From Candidatus Dormiibacterota bacterium (GTDB lineage Bacteria > Chloroflexota > Dormibacteria > Aeolococcales > Aeolococcaceae), in the NCBI GenBank assembly GCA_963709585.1, contig CAVPXI010000013.1, positions 148,148 to 212,147 on the forward strand: a stretch of 64,000 bases of DNA, read 5' to 3'. The notes beneath the pieces were generated by a model. The model was not told where the DNA came from. It saw only the letters and a program-made list of their open reading frames with translations, and ran no database searches. Shown here one piece after another: positions 52,281-63,168 of this stretch; within the stretch, counting starts at the first letter, position 1, and the number at the start of each line of letters is the position of its first letter. The translations under genes were made by a program, and so were the position numbers.

Positions 52281-53975
52281 TCAGCACCCGAAGCACTGGT
52301 CCGGGCGGTTGAACGCGATTTGCGTGTTGGTGAGCGTGAGCGTTGCTGGAGACTCCGTGAAGATGCCGCCGCCCTGAAGAGTCACGCCTTCGCGTCCTTC
52401 CAGGGCGTTGTGGGTGACGCTCGTGTTCTCGAGCGTCAGCTGAGCCGGCGGGCTGGCGCCCGTGCTCGTGTCGACGCCGTTCCAGATGCCTCCCCCGTGG
52501 GCCACACCGCTCGGAGCCTCCGCTCGCCCGACGTTGTCGCTCACGTGATCGCTGCGCATCACGAGCAGGCTGTTGTTGAAGACCGCGCCGCCCTCGATCT
52601 GGGCTGAGCCTGTCTTGCTGAACAACTCGGTGACATTGCCACTGATATCACTGTTGCGCACAGTCACCAGCTGCGCGCCGCCGGCATTTCCAAAGTAGAA
52701 AACGGCCAGGCCCCCGTTCGTGTCAGCCAGGCCACTTGGACTTGTTGAGCTCGCGAAGTTGCCGTCGATACTGGTGCCACTGATCGTGCCGCCCCCATCG
52801 AGCTCGAGAGCACTGCCTCCCGGCCCGACGTCGGTGGAGGTCAGCTCCGTCGTCGTCGACCGGTTGTCGTCGATCTGACTGTTTTGCATGAGAAGCGGGC
52901 TATACCCGACGATCATGCCGGCGTCGATGCCAAACAGCTCCCCGTGCACATCGATCGCAGTCGCTGAGTTGCCGTCGATCTCCGTGTTCTTGACCGTCGT
53001 AGGAATGTCGTCGCCGACATGTATGCCGCCGGCGTTGGCATTCATGCCGGTCTGCGCTCCCACAGAGGAAGGTAAAGTGTTGTTGACGAGACTTGAGCTG
53101 TTGTCGCTGACGATGCTGTTTTGCACCGACAGGGTGCACGGCGTGCACGTTCCGGCCGAGAAGGTCGTGTCGACCATGATGCCCGCGCCCTCGGCAAAGC
53201 GGCCGTCCGGAGCGATCGCCATCGCGCGGTTGCCGGTCACGACGCTGTTCTTCAGGGTGAGTGCGCCTTGCTGCGTGTAAATACCGGCTCCGTCGGCGTC
53301 ACTCGTGACCGCTCCTGCCGACTGGTTGTTGCTGACGATCGTGTTGTCAACCGTCAGACGGCCCCAGTTGTCGATCCCGCCACCCCCGGCTATGGCGAAT
53401 CGGCAGTCGTTCGTCCCACAGGAGAAGCCGGCGTCGACGGAAGCGGTCGGTGCGGCGATATTGCCGGTTATGACGCTGTCGCTGACCGTGAAAGTCGCGC
53501 CCGTGGCGAACTTTGCAGCGGGCGGGATGAAGATACCCCCTCCTAGGGCAATCACTCCAGCTTTGGCGACATACGCAATCGACACCGGGCTCGACGCCGT
53601 CACGCCACCGGTGATCGTCAGGTCGCGGAGCGCGACTGTGGGCTCGGTCGTGGCCCCGAACTTCCCGATAGTGATCACCGGCCCCCCGCCGCTGATCGTC
53701 GTCTCATGGGCGCCCGCGCCGACGAGGCTCACGCTTTGGTCGATTGTGAAACCGCCGACGTATTTGCCAGGGCCGATGCTCACTGAGTCGCCCCTGCTCG
53801 CGGCTGCGACCGCCGGACCGATCTGACTGTACGCACATCCACCGCTGCACACGGTGAATGTCGTCGCCGAGGCAGGTCTTGCGCCCAGCACCGCCGTACC
53901 CAACATTACCGCGGCCAGAGCCGCGAACCTACGCGGCCTGCCTCTCCAGACCTGGTGGAAAGCGTGAAGTTCCAT
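52281..53975 (-). CDS. Secreted pectin-lyase-like parallel beta-helix protein
   Basis: Signal peptide (ARPASA); repeated GGGI/GAGI...NS.I.GN rungs; AAGGAG RBS. Confidence 0.8.
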   Translation of the reverse strand: MELHAFHQVWRGRPRRFAALAAVMLGTAVLGARPASATTFTVCSGGCAYSQIGPAVAAASRGDSVSIGPGKYVGGFTIDQSVSLVGAGAHETTISGGGPVITIGKFGATTEPTVALRDLTITGGVTASSPVSIAYVAKAGVIALGGGIFIPPAAKFATGATFTVSDSVITGNIAAPTASVDAGFSCGTNDCRFAIAGGGGIDNWGRLTVDNTIVSNNQSAGAVTSDADGAGIYTQQGALTLKNSVVTGNRAMAIAPDGRFAEGAGIMVDTTFSAGTCTPCTLSVQNSIVSDNSSSLVNNTLPSSVGAQTGMNANAGGIHVGDDIPTTVKNTEIDGNSATAIDVHGELFGIDAGMIVGYSPLLMQNSQIDDNRSTTTELTSTDVGPGGSALELDGGGTISGTSIDGNFASSTSPSGLADTNGGLAVFYFGNAGGAQLVTVRNSDISGNVTELFSKTGSAQIEGGAVFNNSLLVMRSDHVSDNVGRAEAPSGVAHGGGIWNGVDTSTGASPPAQLTLENTSVTHNALEGREGVTLQGGGIFTESPATLTLTNTQIAFNRPDQCFGC

Positions 53976-54132
53976 GATTCGCTCCTTCAATTTCGCCGGC
54001 GATCGAGGCACGGTCTCCCGACTAAGCGCTTGCCCACGCAACAACGGCCCTCGCGGCGGAGGTACGACACGTCACCCTCACTGGTGTCCGACAGTAGATC
54101 GTGTCGGTCTTCATCTTCGCCCCGAGCTCGCG

Positions 54133-56439
54133 CTAGGCGCGGCCCCTAAAGATTGACATTGATGGCGGCGAACCAGAGTTCATGGAGTAGACGGTGTTGG
54201 TGGCCTGGTTCACCGCGAGGCCGACTGGTAGTACCCCCACAGGCCGTTCAGGTGCGGGTCGGCCGCAGCCGCGTATGATCCCCGCATTGCAGGTCGCCCC
54301 GTTCAGGACGGACACGCCGTCACTTCTAGAATCGGCGACGTACACGGTGTCGGTTCGGGTGTCGACCGTGACAAGCTGAGGCCCGCGCCCGACGTCTACA
54401 GTCGGGATCTTCCCGGCACACCCGGTGGCATCGGTACCGTTGCACGTGGCGCTGTCGATAACCGACAGCGTTCCCGGGCCAAAGCCGTCGTTGTCGAAGT
54501 CGGACACATAGACGCTATTGGTTGCATCGTCGACCGCAACGCCGAAGGGATTCGAGCCAACAACGGCGCTCGCGGCGAGGTGCCCACACCCCGAATGATT
54601 CGTGCCGTTGCACCGCGCGCCATTGATGACGTCCACGGTATCGCCCGAAACGATCGGAGCGTATATCGTATCTGTCTTGGCGCTCACGGCGACGGATACG
54701 ATCGCTCCAGCTACTATGATCACACTAGGCGTCTGCGCACAGCCGACCGTCACCTCGGCATTACAGGCAGCAACATTCACCACGGCAATGCGGTTACCGT
54801 TGTCACCAAAAGGAAGATAGATCGTTTTCGTAGCCGGGTTGAGCACGGGTGGCCCGGGAAACGCTCCGACGGGAATCCGCACTTTCTCGGCTCGCGCGCA
54901 GCCGGCTGTGTGCTGCGCGTTGCAGGCAGCGAGATCGATGACAGCGAGGGAGCCTCACTCGTCGCCTGCATAGAGTGTGTCGGTGGCATCGTCGATGAAT
55001 CCCAGGTTTGCCTGCTGCGCCTTCATAGGTATTTCGGCCACCGGGGAGCACCCGGTCTGACGCTTGACGTTACAGGTTGCCCCATTGATGACGTCGATCT
55101 CGGGGAGGGTGAGGTTGCTTGCGTAGATGGTGTTCGTCGTCGCATCCACGGAAACCAAGAAGTCGCCGGCCGGAGCGCTCGGCGCCGGATGGCGGCAGCC
55201 AGCTGCGTTCACGGCGTTGCAGGGGGCGAGCGTGATCACCGAGACACGGTTCTCGCCCCCGACATTCACCACGTAGGCGGTATCCGTGTTCGGTAGCAGC
55301 GTCATCGTGTTGGGGAGCCCGGTGTATCCGGGATCGTGGTCGGATCCTGCCTGCGCGGTTGGTGGCGTTTGGGCGCAGCCGTTGGTCATCCTTCCATCAC
55401 ACGTCCGGGTGTTGATTGCCGAGAGCGTGTCGTCGCCCTGATTCAGGGCAAACACCGTGTGCAGCGAGTCGTCGACCGCCACAAATTGGGGATTGGCGCC
55501 GACCGGTACGGCCGGAGGAAGGCTGTTGCAGCCAGCGGTTACCTCGGCGTTGCACCGCGCGCCGTTGATGACCGAGACCGTGTCACTGTTATTGTTCGCG
55601 ACGTAGATGGTGTTGGTGCGCTGGTCGACCGCGTCCCAGTAGGCGCCGCTGCCTACCGTGACCGTCGCTGGCGTGAGCCCGCACCCACTCCCAACACTCC
55701 CGTTGCACGCGGCCCCATCGATCACGGTGACGGTGTCGCCGGTGCCACCGCCGTCGGTGGTGTAGATCGTATCGGTCGCCAGGTCGATATCGAGAGCCTG
55801 CGGGTCACGTGCGTCTTGCACCTCTTTGACGGGACGCCTGCATCCTGCTGTGGTCGTTGCGTTGCAGGTCGCTCCGTCGATAACGAAGACACTGCCTCCC
55901 AGGTTCGCGACGTAGAGCGTTCGGGTTACCGGGTTGAACGCATCGTCCACGTCGAACCCGCCCGTCTGGATGGTCGCGAGCGGTGTGCTGCACCCTCTCG
56001 TGTCAGTCGCATTGCACGTGGCGCCGTCGACAACCGAGACCGTGCCAACAGCATTGGCGGTGTAGATGGTGTCGGTCCTTTCGTCGACGGCTGCAGCCAG
56101 CGGATCACCGCCGGTCCTCGCTCTGGCGATCACGCGACAATCCGTCGTTACCGAGGCATTGCAGGTGGTGGTGTTGACCACATCCAAGGAGTGGGTAAGG
56201 GGCAAGGCCGAACAGCCGGTGAGGCACTGAATGGGCACGTAGAGGGTATGGGTCCCAGGGTTGACCGCGGGTACCCCAGGAGTTCCGGTGATATTGATGG
56301 ATCCTCGTTGAAGCGAGGATCCGTGAGCGACCGCAAGCGGCGTGCTCACCTGCGCGCCGGCCTGTACCGGACTGGAGACCGCCATCAGCACCAGCGCGAC
56401 CACCGCTCCGGGTACGAAACTGCCCTTCCCGAGGCTCAT
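54133..56439 (-). CDS. Secreted YncE/YVTN-type beta-propeller with C-x7-C loops (frameshift near 54955)
   Basis: Signal peptide; repeated AVD..T.TIYVAN...TVSVI.GA.CNA....GC, 13 counted across both frames. Confidence 0.85.
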
Positions 56440-56523
56440 CTCACCACCTCCGTGCGCGTCCCCCGGGTTCCCCATCCGGAGGCCGCGTGTTTCTCCGACC
56501 GCCTCCACGGCTTCTCTTCAGTC

Positions 56524-56556
56524 AGGCGTTCATTCGGAGTGAACGAATGTTCAGTC
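56524..56556. promoter_or_regulatory. Conserved 33-bp upstream motif, copy 1
   Basis: AGGCGTTCATTCGGAGTGAACGAATGTTCAGTC; 31/33 identical to 61932-61964. Confidence 0.7.
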
Positions 56557-59148
56557 GCTGACACCGCTGCCGGTGGACACGCGCCAGGCGATGGCCACGC
56601 GCGGATCCGGTGTATACGAGCAGACCGTACCGGTGCGGATCGTCGCCTCGAGGTGCGCACCCAGGTTGGCGTCAGTCGCGGCAATGCGGCGCATCGCCGA
56701 CCTGACCGCGCGCACGACGTTCAATCGGGCTCGCTCTGCGATCGACCCGGCGTGGCGCGATCGCCCTCCGAGACCGAGTGCTCGGCTCAGCTCGTGCGTG
56801 ATGAAGTCCAACTCCTCGCGGAGGAGACCGACCTCATCCGCAGTGCCCCACGCTTCGGCGGTCTCAATCCCCACTCGCAATTCGGCGACGCGGGCGCGGT
56901 ATGCCCGGCGTGCTTCGGCATCGAGCAGCTCGCCTGCATCGCTCGATGCGATCGCACGGGCGGTCTGATCGCCACCGGGTGCGCCCAGCCGCTCGAGATC
57001 CACAGCCGCATGAGGGCGTCCCGGGTCGGCAAGCAGGTGCGCCAGTACCCGGAGCCCCTTGCTGTCGCGAAGCCGGGTGATGCGCCCCGCGAAGGTGATC
57101 GCCCAGTACTCGCCCTCCCGCTCGAATCGGGCGTCCTCATCGGCGGGAATCGCCGCCTCGACGACGCTCCGATGGACACGGCGCCGCCGTATCGGCACGG
57201 TCCCGGTGTGACGCACCGCTTGCCCGAGCGCCTGATCGATGGTGAGCTCCTCGCCTTCAGCATGTGCTGCGAGAAATGCCGCCTCACCAAGGTGTCCTCG
57301 TAGCGTTGTGGCCCATTGCTCGTAGCGCTTCCGCTCGTCACCGAGCATGCGGAATCCCAGTGCACGCTCCTCGGCCTCGACCGCGCCCCAGACCCTGGCC
57401 GAAAGGGGATATGCCCCCAGTCCAGCCAGGGCGCTCCCGATGCCTGCAACACACAGGATCCGGCTCCGGCGTTCGGTTGCCCCGGTGATCTCCAAACTCG
57501 CCTGGTAGTACGCGACAGCGCCCCGATAATCGCCGCGATCCAACGCCAGGTCGCCGAGGCTGTGCAGCGAATGTCGGACCAGGCCCGGAAACGACGAGCG
57601 CGCAAGCCGTGTCGCATCCGTGAACAGCCGCTCACTCTCATCGTACGAGCCCTGATCACGAGCGACGCCGGCGAGCAGGTGGAGTGTCGCCGCTCGTCCC
57701 GCGTTGTCAGCGATCGCTTCGAAGAATCCCAGAGCGTCGCGATGCAGGCCGATTGCCATTTCCAGATCTGCACGCTCGCTCGAGATCCGGCCGAGGCGGT
57801 TAAGCAGGAAGGCCACCCGCTGCGTGTTTCCGAGCTCGCGATGGAGGGCGAGGCTCTGTGTGTAGTACCGCTCCGCCTGGTCAGGGTCGGTTACCACGAA
57901 ATAGTCGAGAAGGCCCGCCGCTTCCAGTGCAGCCGCGCGCAGCGAGGGGCTGACCGACGCGTCTTCGAGCGCCGCCAACTCCAGCCACAAACAGGCATCG
58001 TGGCGGTGGCCCCGGTCGATCCAGAACCTGGACAGCGCGACGCCGAGTCGTAAGCAGAGATCAGTTTCGCTGTTCGTCTGCGTCCAGGCCAGCGCAGCCC
58101 GCATGTTCGCCAGGTCCTCCTCGAGTTCTCCGAACGTCTCCGGATTGGACGGCCAGCTCTGCGCGCCGGCCATCGTCTCGGCAGCCTGCGCGAAATACGC
58201 ACCATGACGCCGACCGAGCTCATGCTGCTCGGTCACGGTCAGCCGCTCGGCGGCAAACTCCTGCACGGTCTCCAGCAGCGCGAAGCGATCGTCCCTCCCC
58301 CGATGAACCGAACTCTTGTCGACGAGCGATGAGATCGTAGGGAGATCTGAAGCACATACCTCCTCCGCCGCCATGAGATCGAAGCTGGCCGGAAATATCG
58401 CGAGGCGTTTGAACAGCTCGCGCTCCCCCGTCGACAGCAGGTCCTCGCTCCACGCAATCGTTGCTCTGAGGGTCTGATGACGCGCAGGCATGTCGCGCGC
58501 CCCGCCCGTGAGCATCGGCAATCGACGGTTCAACCGCGTCAGCAAACCGCTGAGGGTCAGCACATTCACCCGGGTTGCGGCCAGCTCGAGGGCGAGCGGG
58601 AGACGGTCGAGGCGGCTGCAGATCGCCTCGACCGTCTCCTCTTCGACGAACGCGGGATCGACGGCACGAGCTCGCTCGACGAAGAGGGCGACCGCATCGG
58701 CGGGGCTGAGCGGCCGCACTGTGAAGCGCTGTTCAGCGGTCAGGCGGATCGGCTCGCGGCTGGTAACGAGGATGTGGACCGAGGGGCAGGCGGCGAGCAC
58801 TGACGCGAGTAAAGGCGCGACTGCAGCCACAACCTGCTCGACGTTGTCCAGCACCAGGAGAAGGCTTTGCTTCGCAAGGTGCTCAGCGAGCGAGCCGTTG
58901 GCCCCCACCGATCGCGCGATTGTCTGCTCCACCAGGCTAGGGTCGCGAACGGACGCCAGGGGCACCCAGCAGACACCGGCCGGGAACCGCTCGGCGGCGT
59001 CGACGGCGATCTGGATTGCGAGCCGAGTTTTACCAGAGCCGCCGGCGCCAAGCAGGGTCACCAGTTGATGCGTACACAACAACGCACCTGCGACCCGCAG
59101 CTCATCCACCCGGCCGATAAACCGGCTCTGCTGGACTGGAAGATTCAT
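56551..59148 (-). CDS. STAND-type ATPase/TPR regulator with C-terminal putative DNA-binding domain
   Basis: RFIGR, GAGGSGKTRLA, LLVLDNVEQV, TSRE, LDRLPLALELAA, TPR helices; tail FEREGEYWAITF...KGLRVLAHLL...ERARLNV...IRTG. Confidence 0.88.
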   Translation of the reverse strand: MNLPVQQSRFIGRVDELRVAGALLCTHQLVTLLGAGGSGKTRLAIQIAVDAAERFPAGVCWVPLASVRDPSLVEQTIARSVGANGSLAEHLAKQSLLLVLDNVEQVVAAVAPLLASVLAACPSVHILVTSREPIRLTAEQRFTVRPLSPADAVALFVERARAVDPAFVEEETVEAICSRLDRLPLALELAATRVNVLTLSGLLTRLNRRLPMLTGGARDMPARHQTLRATIAWSEDLLSTGERELFKRLAIFPASFDLMAAEEVCASDLPTISSLVDKSSVHRGRDDRFALLETVQEFAAERLTVTEQHELGRRHGAYFAQAAETMAGAQSWPSNPETFGELEEDLANMRAALAWTQTNSETDLCLRLGVALSRFWIDRGHRHDACLWLELAALEDASVSPSLRAAALEAAGLLDYFVVTDPDQAERYYTQSLALHRELGNTQRVAFLLNRLGRISSERADLEMAIGLHRDALGFFEAIADNAGRAATLHLLAGVARDQGSYDESERLFTDATRLARSSFPGLVRHSLHSLGDLALDRGDYRGAVAYYQASLEITGATERRSRILCVAGIGSALAGLGAYPLSARVWGAVEAEERALGFRMLGDERKRYEQWATTLRGHLGEAAFLAAHAEGEELTIDQALGQAVRHTGTVPIRRRRVHRSVVEAAIPADEDARFEREGEYWAITFAGRITRLRDSKGLRVLAHLLADPGRPHAAVDLERLGAPGGDQTARAIASSDAGELLDAEARRAYRARVAELRVGIETAEAWGTADEVGLLREELDFITHELSRALGLGGRSRHAGSIAERARLNVVRAVRSAMRRIAATDANLGAHLEATIRTGTVCSYTPDPRVAIAWRVSTGSGVSD

Positions 59149-59401
59149 CGCGGCAACCCTCTGCTGAGGGGCACACTACACCGGATGCGGGTCTGATGCG
59201 TGACGGGGGTCGCCAAGCGAAGGGTTCGGGTTCGCTATCGCGCGGACCAGTTGGCTGGCCGGTGGTGGCAATGTCCACCACGGTTTGTCCAGGATGGTTT
59301 CCCGCGGAGCCCCCGGGCGACGAGACGCTGTCCAGCAGGACCGGAAACAACGAGTGCGCTTAGGGCGCGTTCCCACCCCGCGCGCACGTGAGCCTCGCTT
59401 C

Positions 59402-61930
59402 CTAGCGTGCGCGGAAGTACGAGACTTCGCCGTCGGTGTTGTCCGACGCGTAGACGGTTTGTGTCTCCTGGTTGACCCCGAGTCCGCTCGACCACCCGCC
59501 CGTAGGTATGCTCACCGGAGTTTGAGGACATCCCGAGGTGATGCTCGCGTTGCACGTCGCCCCGTTGAACACATCAACGTCGGAGTCGATGATTGAACTG
59601 ACGTAGACGGTGTCGGTGTTCTGATCAACAGCGACGGCAAATGGTTCGCCGCCCGTGATCATAGTTGCCGGTGTCTGGCCGCAGCCGGAGGTCACGCTGG
59701 CGTTGCAGGAAGCGCCATCGATCACCGACACAGTTGTCGACGGGGCGCCCGTGAAGAAGCCATCAGCGACGTAGACGGTATGGGTGGCTTGGTCTACGGT
59801 GATTGGCCCGGGACCGATACCCGCCGCAACTGTCGGCGGGCTCTGGCCGCAGCCAGAGTGGTTGGTCGAATCGCATGTGCCCGCGTTCACCACTGAAACC
59901 GTATTGTCGTTACTGTTCGCAACGTACACAGTGTTGGTAGTCTCGTCGACTGCAAGGTCGGCGGGCCCGCTACCGACCGAGACCGTCGGTGGGGTTTCGC
60001 CGCAACCGGAGTGGTCGGTCGCGTTGCAGGTGATGCCGTTTATCACTGAGACGGCGTTGATGCCGATATCCGCTACGTAGATCGTGTCCGTGACCTCGTT
60101 GACGGCCAGATCGAATGGGCCGCCGCCGACTGCGACGGTGGCCGGTGTCTGACCGCAGCCGGAGTGGTTTGTGGCGTCGCAGGTCGCAGCGTTGATGACC
60201 GAGACGGTGTTCACCCCTAAGTTCGCCACGTATACCGTGTGGGTGAGCTGGTCGACTGCCACAGCCTGTGGAAAGCTGCCTGTGGCGACCGTGGGCCAGG
60301 TGCCGCCGCAGGCAAGCCTCACAGCAGCATTGCAGGTCGCCCAGTTAATGACCGACAGATCATCGTCGTTCTGGCTCGTGACGTAGATGGTGTCCGTCGC
60401 GCCGTCTACGGCAACTCCGGCCGGTCCGCTGCCGACGGTGCTCGTCGGTGCCGCATGCCGGCATCCGGCCTGGTAAGTCAAGGTGCAGGTCGCGCCGTCG
60501 AGCACAGAAACGGTGTTCTCATCCTGATTCGGCACGTACACGGTATCAGTGGCCGGATCAACGGCGAGAGTGCCTGGGGAGAAGCCGACCGCGACGGTCG
60601 GCGGATGCTGGTTGCAGCCGGCAGTGTCGGCCGCATTGCAGATGCTTCCGTCGATCACCGAGACGGTGCTGTCCTCCTGATTGGGCACGAAGATGCTGTT
60701 GGTGATCGGGTCGACTGCCATGCCTATGGGCTGACTCCCAACGGTGACGGCCACCGGCGTCGTGCGGCATCCCCCGGTGTGTGTGGCATTACAGGTCGCG
60801 TCGTCGAGGACATCGACAGAGCCAAGGCTCGTAGGAGCAGCTCCCGCCGGGCCGCCAGCTACGTAGACGGTGTGTGTTGAGGGGTCAACACCAACCCATC
60901 CAGGGTTGATGCCTCCGTGCGCGGCGAGGGGGGATCGCCTACAGCCGCTCGTGGTGTCGGCATTGCACGTAGCGGCGTCGATCATCGCGACTGACCCTGG
61001 CACAACCAGACCAAAGGTGACTGCCACATATAGCGATTGAGTCGCTTCGTCAACGGCCAGACCGGTCGGCGCCCCGGGGAGAGCCACCGTGGACACGTGC
61101 CCGCATCCAATCTGCACCATGGCATTGCACGTCGTAGCGTCGACGACGGAGACGGCGTTGTCACCGGCATCCGCAACATATACGCTATGATTCGCAGTGT
61201 CTACACCAGCATAATCTGATCCGTAGCCGACGATGACAGTTGGCACGTGAGAGCAGCCGGAAGCGGTCATCGCATTGCACGTGGCAGCGTCGATCATCGA
61301 GACGGTGTCCGTCCCCGTGTCTGTCACGTAGACCGTACTAGTCGCTGTGTCGAGGACATCGGAAACCGGCCCAACACCCACCGCCACCGTCGGGGCGACC
61401 TGGTTGCAACCTGAAGTATTTCCTGCCCGGCAATGCACAGTGTCGACCACGGACACCGTGTTGTCATTGCCATTGGTCACATAGGCGGTGTGCGTGGCAT
61501 CGTCGACAGCCACGTCGGTAGGGTTTCCACCGACGTTGACCGTCGGCGCAATCGGATTCCTGAATGCGCTCGCGACAGTGCCGAGCTCAGCGCTCACCGA
61601 ACGCCCCCGCGGAGCGAGAGCCTCCGCGTGGTCGATTGCCAGTCGCGCCTCCAGCGACGATCGAAGAAGAGCGGCGCTGCTGGTTTTCGTATGGGTCGAT
61701 ACTCCTTGTGCATCTGCCTGTGTTGCAGGTCCGAAGGTGGGAAGGATGATGCCCACGCCGGCTACCACCAGGAGATGGCGCCACTTGAGGCGTCGCGCCC
61801 CACCCCCTGGCAGATTCCAGGCAATTGACCCAAAGAGCCTCGGTCGCCGAGTTATGTCTACCCTCCCGCAAGGCCGGGTACCAGAGGTGCCGGTTGCGAG
61901 AGCAACGCTCGCCTCGCCGGCGTCACTCAT
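59402..61930 (-). CDS. Secreted YncE/YVTN-type beta-propeller with C-x7-C loops (second paralogue)
   Basis: 13 repeats of ID.ATCNA....GC within YVTN-like blades; hydrophobic leader LLVVAGVGIIL. Start uncertain. Confidence 0.85.
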   Translation of the reverse strand: MSDAGEASVALATGTSGTRPCGRVDITRRPRLFGSIAWNLPGGGARRLKWRHLLVVAGVGIILPTFGPATQADAQGVSTHTKTSSAALLRSSLEARLAIDHAEALAPRGRSVSAELGTVASAFRNPIAPTVNVGGNPTDVAVDDATHTAYVTNGNDNTVSVVDTVHCRAGNTSGCNQVAPTVAVGVGPVSDVLDTATSTVYVTDTGTDTVSMIDAATCNAMTASGCSHVPTVIVGYGSDYAGVDTANHSVYVADAGDNAVSVVDATTCNAMVQIGCGHVSTVALPGAPTGLAVDEATQSLYVAVTFGLVVPGSVAMIDAATCNADTTSGCRRSPLAAHGGINPGWVGVDPSTHTVYVAGGPAGAAPTSLGSVDVLDDATCNATHTGGCRTTPVAVTVGSQPIGMAVDPITNSIFVPNQEDSTVSVIDGSICNAADTAGCNQHPPTVAVGFSPGTLAVDPATDTVYVPNQDENTVSVLDGATCTLTYQAGCRHAAPTSTVGSGPAGVAVDGATDTIYVTSQNDDDLSVINWATCNAAVRLACGGTWPTVATGSFPQAVAVDQLTHTVYVANLGVNTVSVINAATCDATNHSGCGQTPATVAVGGGPFDLAVNEVTDTIYVADIGINAVSVINGITCNATDHSGCGETPPTVSVGSGPADLAVDETTNTVYVANSNDNTVSVVNAGTCDSTNHSGCGQSPPTVAAGIGPGPITVDQATHTVYVADGFFTGAPSTTVSVIDGASCNASVTSGCGQTPATMITGGEPFAVAVDQNTDTVYVSSIIDSDVDVFNGATCNASITSGCPQTPVSIPTGGWSSGLGVNQETQTVYASDNTDGEVSYFRAR

Positions 61931-61931
61931 G

Positions 61932-61964
61932 AGGCGTTCAATCGGGGTGAACGAATGTTCAGTC
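61932..61964. promoter_or_regulatory. Conserved 33-bp upstream motif, copy 2
   Basis: AGGCGTTCAATCGGGGTGAACGAATGTTCAGTC. Confidence 0.7.
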
Positions 61965-62017
61965 ACCGCCGCATTCCCGATCGCGGCGCCTCGCTGAAGT
62001 GGAGAGAGCGTAGGAGT

Positions 62018-62674
62018 ATGAGTGAGCCCGAGGCCGGTGGGCATCCCTCGGCCTGCACAGTGCGGCCGTGTCGCTCGTCCCACACGAGCCTTCCGGGGCG
62101 GCGCTCGGCGAGACGGAACGTCATGGCACTCCTCGGCCACCTCGCCAGCGACGTTCAACATGTCGGCAGCACCGCGGTAGTGGGCTTGGACGCCAAGCCC
62201 ATCCTCGACATCGCGGTCGCGCTCGACCCCGATCACAGCAGCGGTACCAACGAGATCGTGCGACGCATGGAGGCTGGTGGTTACGAGTACCAAGGAGACC
62301 AAGGGCCTGACGGCGGACTGCTGTTCGTGAGGGCCACCGGCGATGTCCGCACCGTGCACGTGCACATGGTGCCCGCCGATGACCCCGGGTGGACCTCCTA
62401 CATCCGCTTCCGCGACTACCTGCGCGCCACCCCCCAGCGCCGAGGCGACTACCAGCAGCTCGAGCGCCAGCTCGCCACCCGGTACGCAGCAGACCGTGAG
62501 GCGTACACCGAAGCCAAGACGGCGTTCGTTCTCGAAACGCTCCGACTCGCCGAGAAGCAGACGACCGCCGGCGAGTCACCTCCTCGAACGGCGGCCCATC
62601 CCATCTTTGAATTCGCGCGTGCACGATATCCGCCTATAGCGGCTCACAGCGGAACCTCTACCGTGGTCGAATAG
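62018..62674 (+). CDS. GrpB-family nucleotidyltransferase-fold protein
   Basis: VQHVGSTAVVGLDAKPILDI, HVHM, FRDYLR, YTEAKTAFV. Confidence 0.85.
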   Translation: MSEPEAGGHPSACTVRPCRSSHTSLPGRRSARRNVMALLGHLASDVQHVGSTAVVGLDAKPILDIAVALDPDHSSGTNEIVRRMEAGGYEYQGDQGPDGGLLFVRATGDVRTVHVHMVPADDPGWTSYIRFRDYLRATPQRRGDYQQLERQLATRYAADREAYTEAKTAFVLETLRLAEKQTTAGESPPRTAAHPIFEFARARYPPIAAHSGTSTVVE

Positions 62675-62709
62675 CGCAACAGCGTCGATGACCCGCTGCC
62701 GTCGACAAT

Positions 62710-62930
62710 GGTCCGACGGGGGTTTAGCCACCGTCCACTGGGGCCGAGAAGAGCGTCAGCCTGTTCGGGTCCCCACCCGCCTGGCTTGTACGCGATGGCA
62801 CGACTATGCCGCTTCACCGATGGGATCAACCACTGTCGACGCCGCCTCGACTGCGGCCCCGCTGGTGAAGATGGTGCCATCCCCTGCCATCGCTTCCCGA
62901 GGAGGCGATCGTAGGGGATTCGGCACCACG
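62710..62930 (-). pseudogene. zwf: 3' remnant of glucose-6-phosphate dehydrogenase
   Basis: Broken frames YDRLLG / EAMAGDGTIFT..AVEAA..VVDP / AYKPGGWGPEQADALL...WLNP. Confidence 0.65.
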
Positions 62931-63168
62931 CTGCTCCTCCATCGCCATGGTCGACCACCTCTAGGGCAACCCGGAAGCGCTGTTCCACCATGTCCAGCTC
63001 CACAAGCACGAAGCTGGTCCCTCCGATGGCGCTCAGTCCTTGCGGACGAGCGGACTGGAGGGAGGCCGGCTGTGTCAAGCATCAGGCGGACGCACCGTAG
63101 ACCGTCAAGCATCCCTTGGACCCGCGGTGTCAAGTATCTGCCGGACTTATACACGGACTTCTAGTACG

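Noticed and set aside
55336-57303. Long 655-aa plus-strand ORF and similar antisense ORFs (e.g. 19239-20555, 11065-11985)
   Set aside because: Shadow frames opposite well-supported genes in high-GC DNA, with no motifs.
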